Shown in pieces: positions 25,378-36,187 of a stretch of 51,264 nt of DNA. This DNA is from Cyanophora paradoxa CCMP329. Lineage: Eukaryota; Plantae; Glaucophyta. The position numbers were made by a program, and so were the translations under genes. The stretch spans positions 1 to 51,264 of the forward strand of contig QPMI01000458.1 in NCBI GenBank assembly GCA_004431415.1, in the 5' to 3' direction. Under the pieces are notes generated by a model. That model did not search any database. It worked only from the letters and a program-made list of their open reading frames with translations, and had not been told where the DNA came from. Position 1 is the first letter of the stretch; each line of letters opens with the position of its first letter.

Positions 25378-26529
25378 CACTAAATTAACAGCCCGTTAAT
25401 TAAGAGGTTATAAAATCTGGCCCTCCCTTAGGCGAAATAACATGCAGAGTTCCAAACTAATGCATATGGGGCAGTAATTATATAATGTTGGGGGGTAGAT
25501 TGTATACGTATATATATAAGACAACTGAACAGCAGCGAATTAGCAGAGCGAATTAGTCGAAAATTCGGTCTGTTAATTTAATTTAATATCACTACCTACG
25601 GGGGGTTCGCCCCACCGTAGTCTCTCAAAAAAAAAAATTTAATTGGGACTCTGTTAATTAAGTGAGTCCAGTATTTATGTGTTGCACGGTAGTATGATAT
25701 CATGCCATGAAGCCTTGAAGATGTGGCGCCGGCATGCCGCAGTGCCGGCGCGGCGGCGCCATGCTGCCAGGCTGCCGGCGCCCCGCCGGGCCGGCGGCCC
25801 CCCGGCCCCGCCAGTGCCGCCACCGCCGGGCGCCGGCCCACCGGGCCACCGGCCGCCGGCGCCGGCATGCCGGCTCCGGCGCCATGCCGCAGTGCTGCCA
25901 AGGCTGCCACAGCCTGCCAGCCAGTGCCAGGCCCGGGCCCCGGCCCCCGGAGGCCTAGGCTGCCGGCGCCCCGCGGCCGGCGGCCCAACGGCCGCGGGCG
26001 CGCGGCGGGCCCAAGTTTGCAACCTTACTAACTTACAAAGTTAGCAATTCAGGAAGCCTTCGGCTACACATAAATAAAAACATTTGTTTTTATTTATGTA
26101 TTCGGCTTGCCCGGCCGGTTAAATTTAACGTTGCATTATTCTAAACTTGCATTACTTGCATAATTCGCTGCATTTCAGTTATATTTAAGTTTGGCGTGCT
26201 TGAGCCTTGAGCTCGAGCTTAAGCTTCAGCTCCAGCCGTGAGCTTGAATTGCAACGTCCGACGGTCCTCATGGATGGGACCTCACTGAGTCATCAAGCCT
26301 GCTTGCAGAAGTTCCCAGAACTAGTGTCCTAGGCTCCTAGCTATAGCTATAGGTATCGCCAGTGTCCCCGGGCCCCTGATTCCGCGGCCGAGCGACTTCT
26401 GTGCGCATGCTCATGATCAATGAGACACGTACAGCAGCTGCAGATCGAGACTAGACTCGTCGTATGGTAGCAACTTGCAATTGGCAAGCTTTTAATTATA
26501 TAAGCTCGACTTCCTGTCACGAAATCGAC

Positions 26530-29500
26530 ATGGCGGAAAGTGTGAAGGTCGCTGTGCGGGTGCGGCCCTTCAACCAGCGTGAGAAGGATCGCAATGCAAA
26601 GCTCGTGCGTGCCTACGTTTGCATATTCCCGCCCGCGGCCGGTCCTGCAGCTGGGCATATATATGCATGCTTAAGCATTCCAGCTGCAGGGACCTTTGTA
26701 CCTAGATTTAGAGGCTCGTGTGGCTGCATGCACTGTATTACATATGCACAGCTGATTTTGAAAGTCACGCAGATCATAAGCATGGACGGCCCCAGCACGG
26801 GCATCACAAACCCGGAGAGCGGCGAGCTGAAGTCCTTTGCCTTCGACTACAGCTACTGGTCCCACGGTGAACCGATGATCCCGCTAACGCGAATTAGTAC
26901 TTCGCATAAGTGCGCATGCTCAATTGCAAAAGCTAAGGGCCCTGTTACCAACCTCGGCGACGACCCCCCGCAGACGGCTTTGTGAACGACGAGAACGGTT
27001 ACTCGGTGGGCACTTCGCCCAAATACGCGGGCCAGCGAAAGTGCGATGTCCGGCCCACCTCGATCACGCTGCAGCTGCTCTTAATTATATGTTTCTCTCA
27101 TGATCAGTGTGTACGACGATCTTGGGGCGTCAGTGCTCGCCAACGCGTGGAACGGGTACAACTGCTCGCTGTTCGCGTATGGGCAAACGGGCTCGGGCAA
27201 ATCGTAATCCATGGTTGGCTACGGAGCAAACAAGGTTCGATTCGCCGGCGACCGCGCGGCGCGTTCGCCCGCTGGGCTCCGGATCCGGAAGCTCATGATC
27301 AGGCGACTGGCAGGGAATCATCCCGATTAGCTGTGAGGAGATGTTCAAGCGCATCGGCGAAAACAAGGAACCCAACAAGCAGTACATGGTAACGGTCCGC
27401 TACCTTCCGAGCCTCTGAGCCCGAGCGCGGAGAAGCCCCCTCTCCCTGAATCGACAACGCCGGCAGGTATCTATGCTCGAGATCTACAACGAGAAAGTCA
27501 AAGACCTTCGTACGTAGCTATATCCCCTCACGATCAGGCGCTGGGCTCTCGCGCACTTCAGTCTCCCTGCTGACGCTGCGCCGCTCCTCGCAACCGCAAT
27601 CGGTCCACAGTGAATCCAAAGAGTGCGCGCGAACCCTTTTCCCCTGTTGACGTTTGCGGTCGCCCCTTTGCGTTGTCCGTGCAACACCCGCGTAACGTTA
27701 ACGCAGTTAACCCCCCCGGGGGTCTGAACGTGCGGCAAGACAAAGTGCGGGGGGTATACGTGGAGAACCTCACCCCAGTCCCCTGCAACTCGTACAGGGA
27801 AATTGAGCAGCAAATGGAGAACGGTGAGATCGCGTCCGCTTCTTGAGACCCTGCTTCCCCTGAACTGTCTGCAGGGACCACAAACCGGACAGTCGCGTCG
27901 ACGAATATGAATGCGACCTCATCCAGAGCGCACACGGTCCGCAATTATAATAATTCACTCTATCTATTCAACTGTCCCCATTTGCTAAGTTCTGGTCTCT
28001 GTTAGGTCTTTACAATACAGTTCTCCATTGTCACGACCGTGGGCGGCCAAAAGAGCGAGATCGGCTCCAAGGTGGCCTCTGGCATTGAATATAATTTTCG
28101 AATTCAATAATTAATATTGCGCGCGCGCCTTTTAATCTGATCCGTGATCAACTGCAGATCAACCTGGTGGACCTGGCGGGCTCGGAGCGGGCTGAGAGCA
28201 CGGGGGCAACAGGGGACCGTCTCAAAGAGGGTTTGCGCATCGGTCTAGATCTGTGCTTAAGCTTGCCGCTTTCGAGATTAAGCTTCTGCAGGATGCGCCA
28301 TCAACCAATCCCTCTCCGCGCTGGGCAACGTCATCAGTTCCCTTGCAGACCAATCCATGGGAAAGAAGGTGAGTCTATGTTTGCAAGGACCCCCCCCCTC
28401 CCCCCCCCCTCCACTTCCTCCTACTCCTCCCGCCCCCGCCCCCCCCTCCCCCCCCCTCCTCCTCCCCGAAACGAATCACACCCCATCGATATCCGCTGTG
28501 CAGGGTGTCTTCGTGCCGTACCGGAACTCGGTTCTCACACGGCTTCTTCAAGACGCGCTTGGAGGCAACTCGAAGACGATGTGCGCCCTGCTCTTTCCGC
28601 TCTTTCCACTTTCGTCTTGATATCGATACCGCTTCCCGCCATCCGCAGTATGATAGCCGCATTGAGTGCGTGCGCGCTTTGTTCAGCGCGCCGCTGAGTT
28701 CGAACCCCTTTCATTATCAGTCTCCTGAACTCGTGCAGGCCCCGCCGACATTAACTACGAAGAGACCCTCTCCACGCTGCGGTACGCGGACCGCGCCAAG
28801 AAGATAAAGAACGTCGCCAGAAAGAACGAAAATCCGACCGAAAAGGCTCGCAACCCCAGTACTAGTCCTGCCTGCTTGATTCGCGATATCGATTCGGAGC
28901 CGCTCACGAATTACGCAGCTGATCCGAGACCTGCGAGAGGAGATCGAGCAGCTGAAAAAGGCGATATCGATGGGCGGGGGCGCGTCCGCGCCGGGCAATT
29001 CGGGCCGCGTCAGCAGCGAGGAGGTGGAGCGCATGAAGCAGGAGGAGGCGGCGATCGAGCGCGTGCTGCTGGAACAGGCAAAGTCGTGGGAGGAGAAGCT
29101 CGCCGATGCGCGGATGCGCGGCCTGGTCGGAGCGGGCGGCGATGCGGAGGAGCGCCGCGCGAAGCTGAAGACGACGCCACACATCAAGAACCTCAACGAG
29201 GACTCGATGCTGTCAGAGCAAGTGCGCCATATGCATATTACCGCAAACCACGCGATAAACACACTGTGACAATCATTGTATTGCGTCGTTTCCTTGATTC
29301 GCATCAACAATTCAGATCGTCTACTTCATCGAGCCGGAGAAGCCGATGCGGGTTGGGCGCAAGGATGCACTGGACCCGCGCCCCGACGTCATTCTGACGG
29401 GAGCTTCTGTCCAGAAGGCCCACTGCACGTTCGAGAACGACGGGGGACATATTTTCGTCACGCCGGAGCCGGGAGCCAAGGTGACTGTCAACGGCAGGCA

Positions 29501-29732
29501 GGCGGAGGGCCGCACCGGCCCCATCCAGCACCTTTCTCGCATCTTCCTTGGGCATCACGCATGGCGCCTGCACGATCCGGCAAGCGGCTCGAAGGAGCCG
29601 CCCGACCAGTTCGACTGGGAATTCGCGCAGCGCGAGCTTGCGGAGGCTCAGGGCCAGGGGATGAATCTGGTGGAGAAGGCCAAGGAGCTCGACGAGGTGG
29701 CCGCGTTGAAAATGGCCGAATACGAGAGCAAG
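26530..29732 (+). pseudogene. Kinesin-3 family gene (KIF28/KIF13-like; motor + neck coil + FHA), multi-exon, with an in-frame TAA, interrupted downstream by the viral element
   Basis: Spliced translation: [160 protein letters not shown] (VGR...HC..VNG), FDWEFAQRELAEAQG. TAA at 27205-27207; the last visible exon ends at a GT donor at 29733. Confidence 0.9.
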
Positions 29733-30023
29733 GTTCGCTCAAGGCCGCTGCGCGCCAGACATCGATGTCGACTAGTACTAGTACTGGCCTGACAGGGCGT
29801 ACGTATATAGGTGGGCTCTTGCCAAGGGTCGAGCTCTCGAGCTTGCCCCTTCGCTGTCAATGCATTGTTAACCCTCGGAGGTTGATGAGTCACGCGTTGC
29901 GGAGGTTGCATTGTTATATTGCATTCGGGGAGGCAGGGGGACTAACACGTCCAATGTACCCCCCGGGGGCCTCCCGGCCTCTAACTAGGCTCGGACTCTA
30001 ACTGAATGCTGTACCCCCTGCGG

Positions 30024-30776
30024 TTACTGCCCGAGCCTAGCGAACTTGCGTAACTCGGCCTCGCCCTGTACCCAGTGACTGGTGTCGTCCATCCATTCGC
30101 GTACCTCCCTCTGACGCTTGAGTGACTCACGCTGCTCAGGTGAGGGGGAGGGGGGGCCGTAGAGGAGGGGCCGCGGCGGGGGTACCATGCCAAAGTTTGC
30201 CCACTCGGGGGGTATACCGAATTCACCGTGATCGATTCTCTGAGGCGTGAAGTACTGGCCGTCGCTCAGCGCCAGGTGGTAGAAGGCGTTTCGCAGTCGT
30301 CTGAGGAAGCGGGGCTGCACAGTCTGCGGGTCAAGGCTCTCGAAGCGCCACGGTGCCACAAAGTCAATGATACGCTCCTGCACCCGCGCGGGCAGAGCGA
30401 GGATCTGGCTCTTGCGGTTCGCAAAGGCCATCCACAGTGCTTGTAGGTCCGCCCAATCGCCGTTCAGATCCCTGCGTTCTCGCCTGCCATGATTGCGTGG
30501 ATTGATCGTCATACCCATGAAACGTGCTGCGCCGATGGTGTTTTGATCTGGAAACTCTTGATCGTCGTTAAACTTATCTCGTATCCAGCGCACGAGGTAC
30601 AGCACGCGTTCCATAAAGTTCTCCCCGGGCGATCCGCTCCCCGAATCGGGGCCCATCGCCCATCGCCGCCGGTGCAGATCGGATTGTGCGTCGTCCAAGT
30701 CCACGGTCCGCTGTAGGATCTCACCGATGATGGGGCCGTTGTTGTACAGCACGTCGGACTCGCGTGTCCGCGCCAT
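30024..30776 (-). CDS. Viral hypothetical protein, paralog 1 of a tandem pair
   Basis: ATG (MARTRESD) preceded by ATATTCTC; shares FxxRVxxLxxWIRDKF, LPxxxxxxIxxF and RxWxxDxxxxxxGEA with 30815-31519. Confidence 0.7.
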   Translation of the reverse strand: MARTRESDVLYNNGPIIGEILQRTVDLDDAQSDLHRRRWAMGPDSGSGSPGENFMERVLYLVRWIRDKFNDDQEFPDQNTIGAARFMGMTINPRNHGRRERRDLNGDWADLQALWMAFANRKSQILALPARVQERIIDFVAPWRFESLDPQTVQPRFLRRLRNAFYHLALSDGQYFTPQRIDHGEFGIPPEWANFGMVPPPRPLLYGPPSPSPEQRESLKRQREVREWMDDTSHWVQGEAELRKFARLGQ

Positions 30777-30814
30777 GCTCGCGGCTCGCTGAGAATATCT
30801 ACCCGTACCCCCTA

Positions 30815-31519
30815 TCACGTCCACCTCCACGTCAGGCGATTGTTCTCGAAAACGGGGTACGCCTCCTCCTCTGGGGGTATAGTGCCGACCTTTGCCTCAC
30901 CCGGCAGACGGTTTCGATCGTCCTGCAGCCAGTCGCGCAGTCGCTTGCGCTCGTTGATGGGGGGCCTCGAGTCAAAGGGGGATACGTAGGCGGGGGGCGG
31001 GGGTGGGGCGGGCGGAAGCTCTTGCCAGCTCCGGGGTACGAGCTCGCGTGGAATCTCGAGCTCTGTGTACCGTGAGCCGTCGTACTGTCGGACACCGCCT
31101 TCGCCTGTACGCATGTACCACTGTATCTCATTTCGAAGCCCATTGATCACATCGCCTTCGCGCCCGTCTCTACCTGCGAGTAAGAAGTTCATGATCTTCA
31201 ATCTGGCCTCGTTCGGCAGACGGGCCACGCGGCTTCTAGGCGACATCAGCGCCACGTACAGGGACGTAAGCACACTGCTGAAGTCCCAGTTCCGATCATA
31301 GGATGGGGGGGCGAGCCTCACGGTATCCCGCAGCCCCTGGGCTGCAACAGGGGCTAGCCCCCTCAGCGGAAAGGACGACGTTCCTATCCGATTTCGCATC
31401 CCCTCCTTGAACTTATCTCGTATCCAATGGGCCAGGCCCCTAACGCGAGTCAGGAACTCTTCGGGGCTCGAATCTTCGTCCATCTGCGGGACCGGGCTCG
31501 AATCTTCGTCATCCGACAT
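30815..31519 (-). CDS. Viral hypothetical protein, paralog 2 of a tandem pair
   Basis: ATG (MSDDEDSS) preceded by AATTTCTC; the upstream extension in the ORF track overlaps yqaJ and is unlikely. Confidence 0.7.
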   Translation of the reverse strand: MSDDEDSSPVPQMDEDSSPEEFLTRVRGLAHWIRDKFKEGMRNRIGTSSFPLRGLAPVAAQGLRDTVRLAPPSYDRNWDFSSVLTSLYVALMSPRSRVARLPNEARLKIMNFLLAGRDGREGDVINGLRNEIQWYMRTGEGGVRQYDGSRYTELEIPRELVPRSWQELPPAPPPPPAYVSPFDSRPPINERKRLRDWLQDDRNRLPGEAKVGTIPPEEEAYPVFENNRLTWRWT

Positions 31520-31571
31520 TTGCAATTGCACACAACGAGAAATTCTAAACGCTACTGCGAGGCTACGAGCT

Positions 31572-32207
31572 ATGGACCTACAACAGGGGAGCGCGGCGTG
31601 GCACGCTGCGCGCCGCGAAAAGCTAACCGCCTCGAACTTTGCCGCCGCGTGCGGCATCAACCCGTGGAAATCCAGGGCCCGCCTCTGGGCGGAGCTGAGC
31701 GGGATCGCGGAGGAAAACAACTTTGACAACCCTGCCCTAACCTACGGGCACGACTACGAGCCCCTCGCGGTCTCTATCTACAAGGCACTGAACGATAACG
31801 TGGACATTCAACACACTGGACTGCACGAACACAAAGAAATGCCGTTCCTCGCCGGGAGCCCCGACGGACTGATAGGAAATGATAGGATTTTAGAGGTGAA
31901 ATGCCCTTACAAGGGCGAACTTTACGATAGCGTTCCTACCTATTACATGACTCAACTTCAGGGCCTGCTGGACATAACGGGCCGCGACTGGGCCGAACTT
32001 TTCTGTTTCACGCCTCTGCGCGTGCAAACGTGGTACGTCAGACGGGACGAGAGGTACATCGAGCTCATGCGGCGGTGCTTACATCTATTTTGGATGCACG
32101 TGAAGGCTGGAACTCCGCCCGAGCCCTACAGCGATCGAATGAAGTCAGAGAACCTCAGCGAGGAGCAGGCGGCGCTGCGCGAGTTTAAGTCGTACGCCCT
32201 CCTCTAG
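31572..32207 (+). CDS. yqaJ: YqaJ-like viral recombinase / lambda-exonuclease-family (PD-(D/E)XK) nuclease
   Basis: QQGSAAWHAARREKLTASNF, YGHDYEPLA, FLAGSPDGLI, ILEVKCPY, YYMTQLQGLLDIT: complete YqaJ motif set, 211 aa, uninterrupted. Confidence 0.93.
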   Translation: MDLQQGSAAWHAARREKLTASNFAAACGINPWKSRARLWAELSGIAEENNFDNPALTYGHDYEPLAVSIYKALNDNVDIQHTGLHEHKEMPFLAGSPDGLIGNDRILEVKCPYKGELYDSVPTYYMTQLQGLLDITGRDWAELFCFTPLRVQTWYVRRDERYIELMRRCLHLFWMHVKAGTPPEPYSDRMKSENLSEEQAALREFKSYALL

Positions 32208-32546
32208 TGTCCCGACCCTCTCAGATATTAATTTAAAGATCTGGGAGGGTCGGGACACGTCTCTTGGTCAGACTACTTATGTACGCCCTCCTCTAGTGTC
32301 TCGACCCTCTCAGATATTAATTTAAAGATCTGGGAGGGTCGGGACACGTCTCTTGGTCAGACTACTTATGTACGCCCTCCTCTAGTGTCTCGACCCTCTC
32401 AGATATTAATTTAAAGATCTGGGAGGGTCGGGACACGTCTCTTGGTCAGACTACTTATGTACGCCCTCCCTCCTCTAGTGTCCGGACCTTTCCAATAATC
32501 TATAAAGAAAGTAGGGAGGGTCCGGACACGTCTCTTGGTCGGACTC
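32192..32546. repeat. Tandem 89-bp repeats (three near-identical + one diverged), each holding a ~20-bp-arm palindrome with an AT-rich centre
   Basis: Units start at 32192, 32281, 32370 and 32459; core gtgtcccgaccctctcagat-attaatttaaag-atctgggagggtcgggacac. Confidence 0.95.
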
Positions 32547-32824
32547 ACCGTAGCTTGGTGTAGCTCAGGCCCAGGCGGGGAAGGCGAGTCTGCAATGAAT
32601 CAGACCCCACAGGATTTGGTTGAGCTGCTCTTTGCAGGGGGGCAGGAAGGCGGCCGCAGAGGGCTAGGGAGACTAGATCTAATTAGTAATCCCACACCGC
32701 GCATGTGCAAGCGACAGAGAACGAAGTGAGTAAATGCAGATCGATGATACGGCAATCATGAGTTGTTCAGAAAAGGTCGGGACACATAGAGAGTGCATGC
32801 CCTCACTCTCGTCCGCCCTCGCAA

Positions 32825-32875
32825 TGTCCCGACCCTCCCAGATCTTTAAATTAATATCTCAAAAGGTCGAGACAT
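32825..32875 (-). repeat. Dispersed inverted copy of the 89-bp-repeat palindrome core
   Basis: tgtcccgaccctcccagatctttaaattaatatctcaaaaggtcgagaca. Confidence 0.85.
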
Positions 32876-32975
32876 TCATTGATCATATGCATGACGTCAC
32901 TTGAATTCGCACGTTCGTATTTACACACTGGCACGCGCATCCCGTTCGCGAAGTCCACACTGTGACATCCGACAA

Positions 32976-35900
32976 TCACACGCGCCTGTGAATGAGAGCA
33001 TAGCAGTCGGAGAAAACGTTGTAAACCTCTGGGAAGCTTGGCGCCATGCCTGCCCTTGCCTGCTTAGCCTGGCGCTCTACTGCGTCGTCGAGCATGTCTT
33101 CCTCCCACGTGATGTAGCGTCGCTTTCGGCTGCCCATTTGCCCTCCGTCCGCGTCGGAGAAAGCGCGTCTCACTCCGAGGTACTTCTCCAGCAGGTACTT
33201 GATGACTTGCCAAGACTGCTGCGAGAGCCGCTTCTTCTCACCGTCCGCTGCATCGAAGCGGGGCGCGCGCTCGTCCAGACTCTGCAGAGCCGCGTACGCC
33301 TCCCGACCCTCCGGCGACGCCAGGGCCGCGTAGGCTTCGTCCGACCACAGAGCACGCCCCGCGAGCTTTCCATACCCCCGCCAGCCGAAGAGTTTCTTGA
33401 ACAGCGCGACGACCTTCGATACCTTGAGGCGCTCAGCAGTAGGCACGATCTCGGCAACGTCCGCGCCATGCTTCAGCACCAGCGTGACCACGGCAGTGAG
33501 CGGGATGGAGTAGAACGAATCCCACATCCAGGCGACGTCTCCTTCGGTCAGCTCGCTCGGATCCTTGGCCAGGAACGCGGCGATCGACGTGCGAGCAAGC
33601 GAAGCAACCTTCTCGATGTCCAGCTTAGCGAGAGACTCGCGGGACTGCCTCCAGGCCAGCACCGTGCTCCACAGATCGACGGGCTCCAGCGCGCCCGCCT
33701 CCAGCACGCTCCTGATCTCGCGCAGCCGCTGCTCCTTCTCCTGCTTCGGTCCGCTCGGGTTTTGATCCTCCGTGACTTGCACGTTCATCAGCGCGCAGGT
33801 CGACATCAGCCGCAGGCGCGCTGCCACTGCGAGGCGCCGAGTGGGCATGCCGGCGCGGCGGCTCCCGCGGTGGCTAGCCTTCAGGTCCAGGTAGCGCTGC
33901 ATGTCGTCCGAGCTCTCGTCGTCGTCGCTCTCACGCCAGTGCGCAGCCGCCGCGCCGACCGCAACCGAGGGCGTCCGGTTCTTGCGCACGGCGACGAGCA
34001 GGTGCTCTCCGTCGGGCGTGCTGCGTTTGCGCAGCCTTCTGACTCGAAACAGCAGCTGCACGATGTCGTCCGCCTCCAGCTGCGCGGGCTCTGCCTGGAA
34101 CACGCCGTAGACCTTGTCAAAGTGCGCGTCCGAAAAGTCCACGCCTGCCCCGAGCGCGGAAGTTGCGATGAGCACGTCGCAGGCCTTGTACGCGCCCTCC
34201 TCAGACACATCGATCGACACGATGCGCACTGGGCCGTCGTTCGTGAAGCGCACGCTCTTCTCCTTGGCCTGCCCAACGATGAGCCCGATCGTGAACGGTG
34301 CGCCGCTGCCGTCCTCGGGCCCTGCCTCGAGCTGAGTCACGTACTGAGCGCCGCCCAGGCTGAGCTGCTCCAGCGCCTGCTTCGCAATCTTCTCCTGCAT
34401 CTCGATCGCCTTGGCCGGCGTCTCTGCAATGATCATCGCCCGGCAGCGCCCCGGTCTGCACAGCGCCATGATGTCCGCCTCGACGTGCGCCGGGCTGTCT
34501 GACACGCGCATCTTCCAGTCGCAGGTGCGATGCGAGTTGTACAGGAGCCCCAGGCGCGCCCCGACCTCCTGCGCCGACTCTGCCAGGTACGCGAGATCGA
34601 CCGACCGAACGAAGCCGTCCATCGCCACGATGCGCGATGCCTTCATCACGCCGCGCCATAGGCCCACGCAGCGCGCGTTTCGAGGCACTGACCGCATACC
34701 TAGGTGCAGGCCGGTGGGCTCGAGGGTGCCGCTCGAGGTGAGGTGCTTCGTGAGGGAGGAGAGCTCGTCCAGCACGACCAGTAGCGGCGCCGTCGACCAG
34801 CCCTCCCAGTCCTCGAGCACCTTGTGCAGCGAGTCCCATGTGATGACGACGCACCTGCACTCCTCATGGCGGAAGCCCCACTTGCCATGCGATCCCTTTG
34901 AGCTCTCCGGTGGCTTCTTGATGTCCATGTAAAGCACGGCGTCCTTTGACAACTCCGCAGCATCAATGCGACGCTTGAGGTCGCGGGAGAAGGCCCGGCG
35001 GCAAGTCACGAGGATCACTCGCCAGCCGCCTGCAAGGGCCGGGTCCAGGTACGCATCGATCAGCGCCTGCGTCTTCCCCGTGTTGAGTCCCGAGCAGATG
35101 ACGTCGACCTGCGGCTGAGCGGATCTCGGGTTCTGCTCCAGCGCCCCGAATGCGGAGGTAAGGATCTTGCACGAGAGGTGGCGTTCATCCACTGCATTGA
35201 CGCAAGCCTCCAGGCCCGTCGACTCGAGCGCGATCAGGAGGGAGGGGAGGGCAATGTCGAAGGCGACAGGCTGCGAGGGATCGGTCACATAGCGGGTCTG
35301 TGCCACGCTGCCCGACTCCCCTCCGGTCCCCTCCCCCTCGAGCTCGACTTCAATACCGTGCGCCTGGATGGAGATTCGAGCCGCCGGCGCCCCCGGCTGA
35401 CTCCCGCCCAGGACGAGGGTGATGGACCCGTCGGGCTCGACTCCAAGGTGCTGAACGCGGCGGGCGTCGTGCAGGCCAAGGTCCGCGCGCAGCTCTGCCC
35501 CGCCTTCCAGATCTCGTCCCTCACCGCCTTGTTCTTGCGTAGGCGGTCCAGGAGCCGCTCCAAGGCCGGCAGGCTTGGGCTCGAATCCAGGAGAGCGCCC
35601 GGCTCCGGGATGGGCTTAGCGCGGGGCGCCGAGCTTCTGGATGGAGTGGGGAGGAGCTCCGCTCGCGGCCCGGGCGCCGGCCCCCGCAGAACGTAGCCCC
35701 CGGTGCCATCCACACCGAGCTCCAGGCCGCTCGAGCTCCCAAAGAACCATGCCATGAGATCGCAAGCCTCCGGGCTCTGTAGGACGTAGGCAGCCTTGAA
35801 TCCATTATCCAAGGGGCGAGAGAAAGTGAAGCCTCCGAACTTGGTTGCAAAGGCGCAGGCTGCCGCAGTGCTCGTCTCATCCTCGGCACCCGAGAAGTGG

Positions 35901-36097
35901 CTGGGGGTGATGCAGGGCGGGTGGAAGACGCAGAAAGCCGTCCCCAGGGTCGGGCTGCAGGCCTTCTGGACTTCGACGAGAGGGAATCGAACGAAAAAGC
36001 TGCACTCCTGCTCGCTCAGATCTATCTGCTGTACCCCGGGCCCGGGCATACGGGCCAGGAAGGCGTCGACGTCGAGAGACACGCGTCCGGTTGCCAT
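32976..36097 (-). CDS. UL9-like origin-binding SF2 helicase with an uncharacterised N-terminal domain (~1040 aa after correcting one frameshift at 35498-35501)
   Basis: VICSGLNTGKT (Walker A), VILVTCRRAFSRDL, VVITWDSLHKV, VVLDELSS (Walker B), IVAMDG and DVLIATSALGAGVDF follow herpes UL9 motif order (GSGKT, VVSCRRSF, QVESLHRV, LDEV, AMDA). The helicase frame is open upstream of 35306 past 35500, where ORF 35285-36097 joins it with one added base. Confidence 0.8.
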
Positions 36098-36187
36098 GGT
36101 CGTCTCTCTATAGCTAGGCTTGGAAAATTCTAGATCTACTAGGCTAGTCGACGTCTGTTGGCTAGCTATAGTCGACGTCTGGACTGC

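Noticed and set aside
25690-26000. Overlapping Arg/Pro/Ala-rich ORFs on both strands
   Set aside because: They arise from tgccg/ccggc low-complexity repeats and are not credible coding sequence.
27205-27207. TAA reassigned to Tyr (alternative genetic code)
   Set aside because: Single case; other Tyr codons in the gene are TAC/TAT and no second read-through example was seen. A point mutation or sequencing error is simpler.
32192-32546. CRISPR array
   Set aside because: The units are near-identical over their whole 89-bp length with no unique spacers, there are no cas genes, and the context is eukaryotic/viral.
32901-34502. 533-aa plus-strand ORF (similarly 47282-48406)
   Set aside because: Antisense shadow of a GC3-rich real gene (helicase, MCP), with no recognisable motifs.
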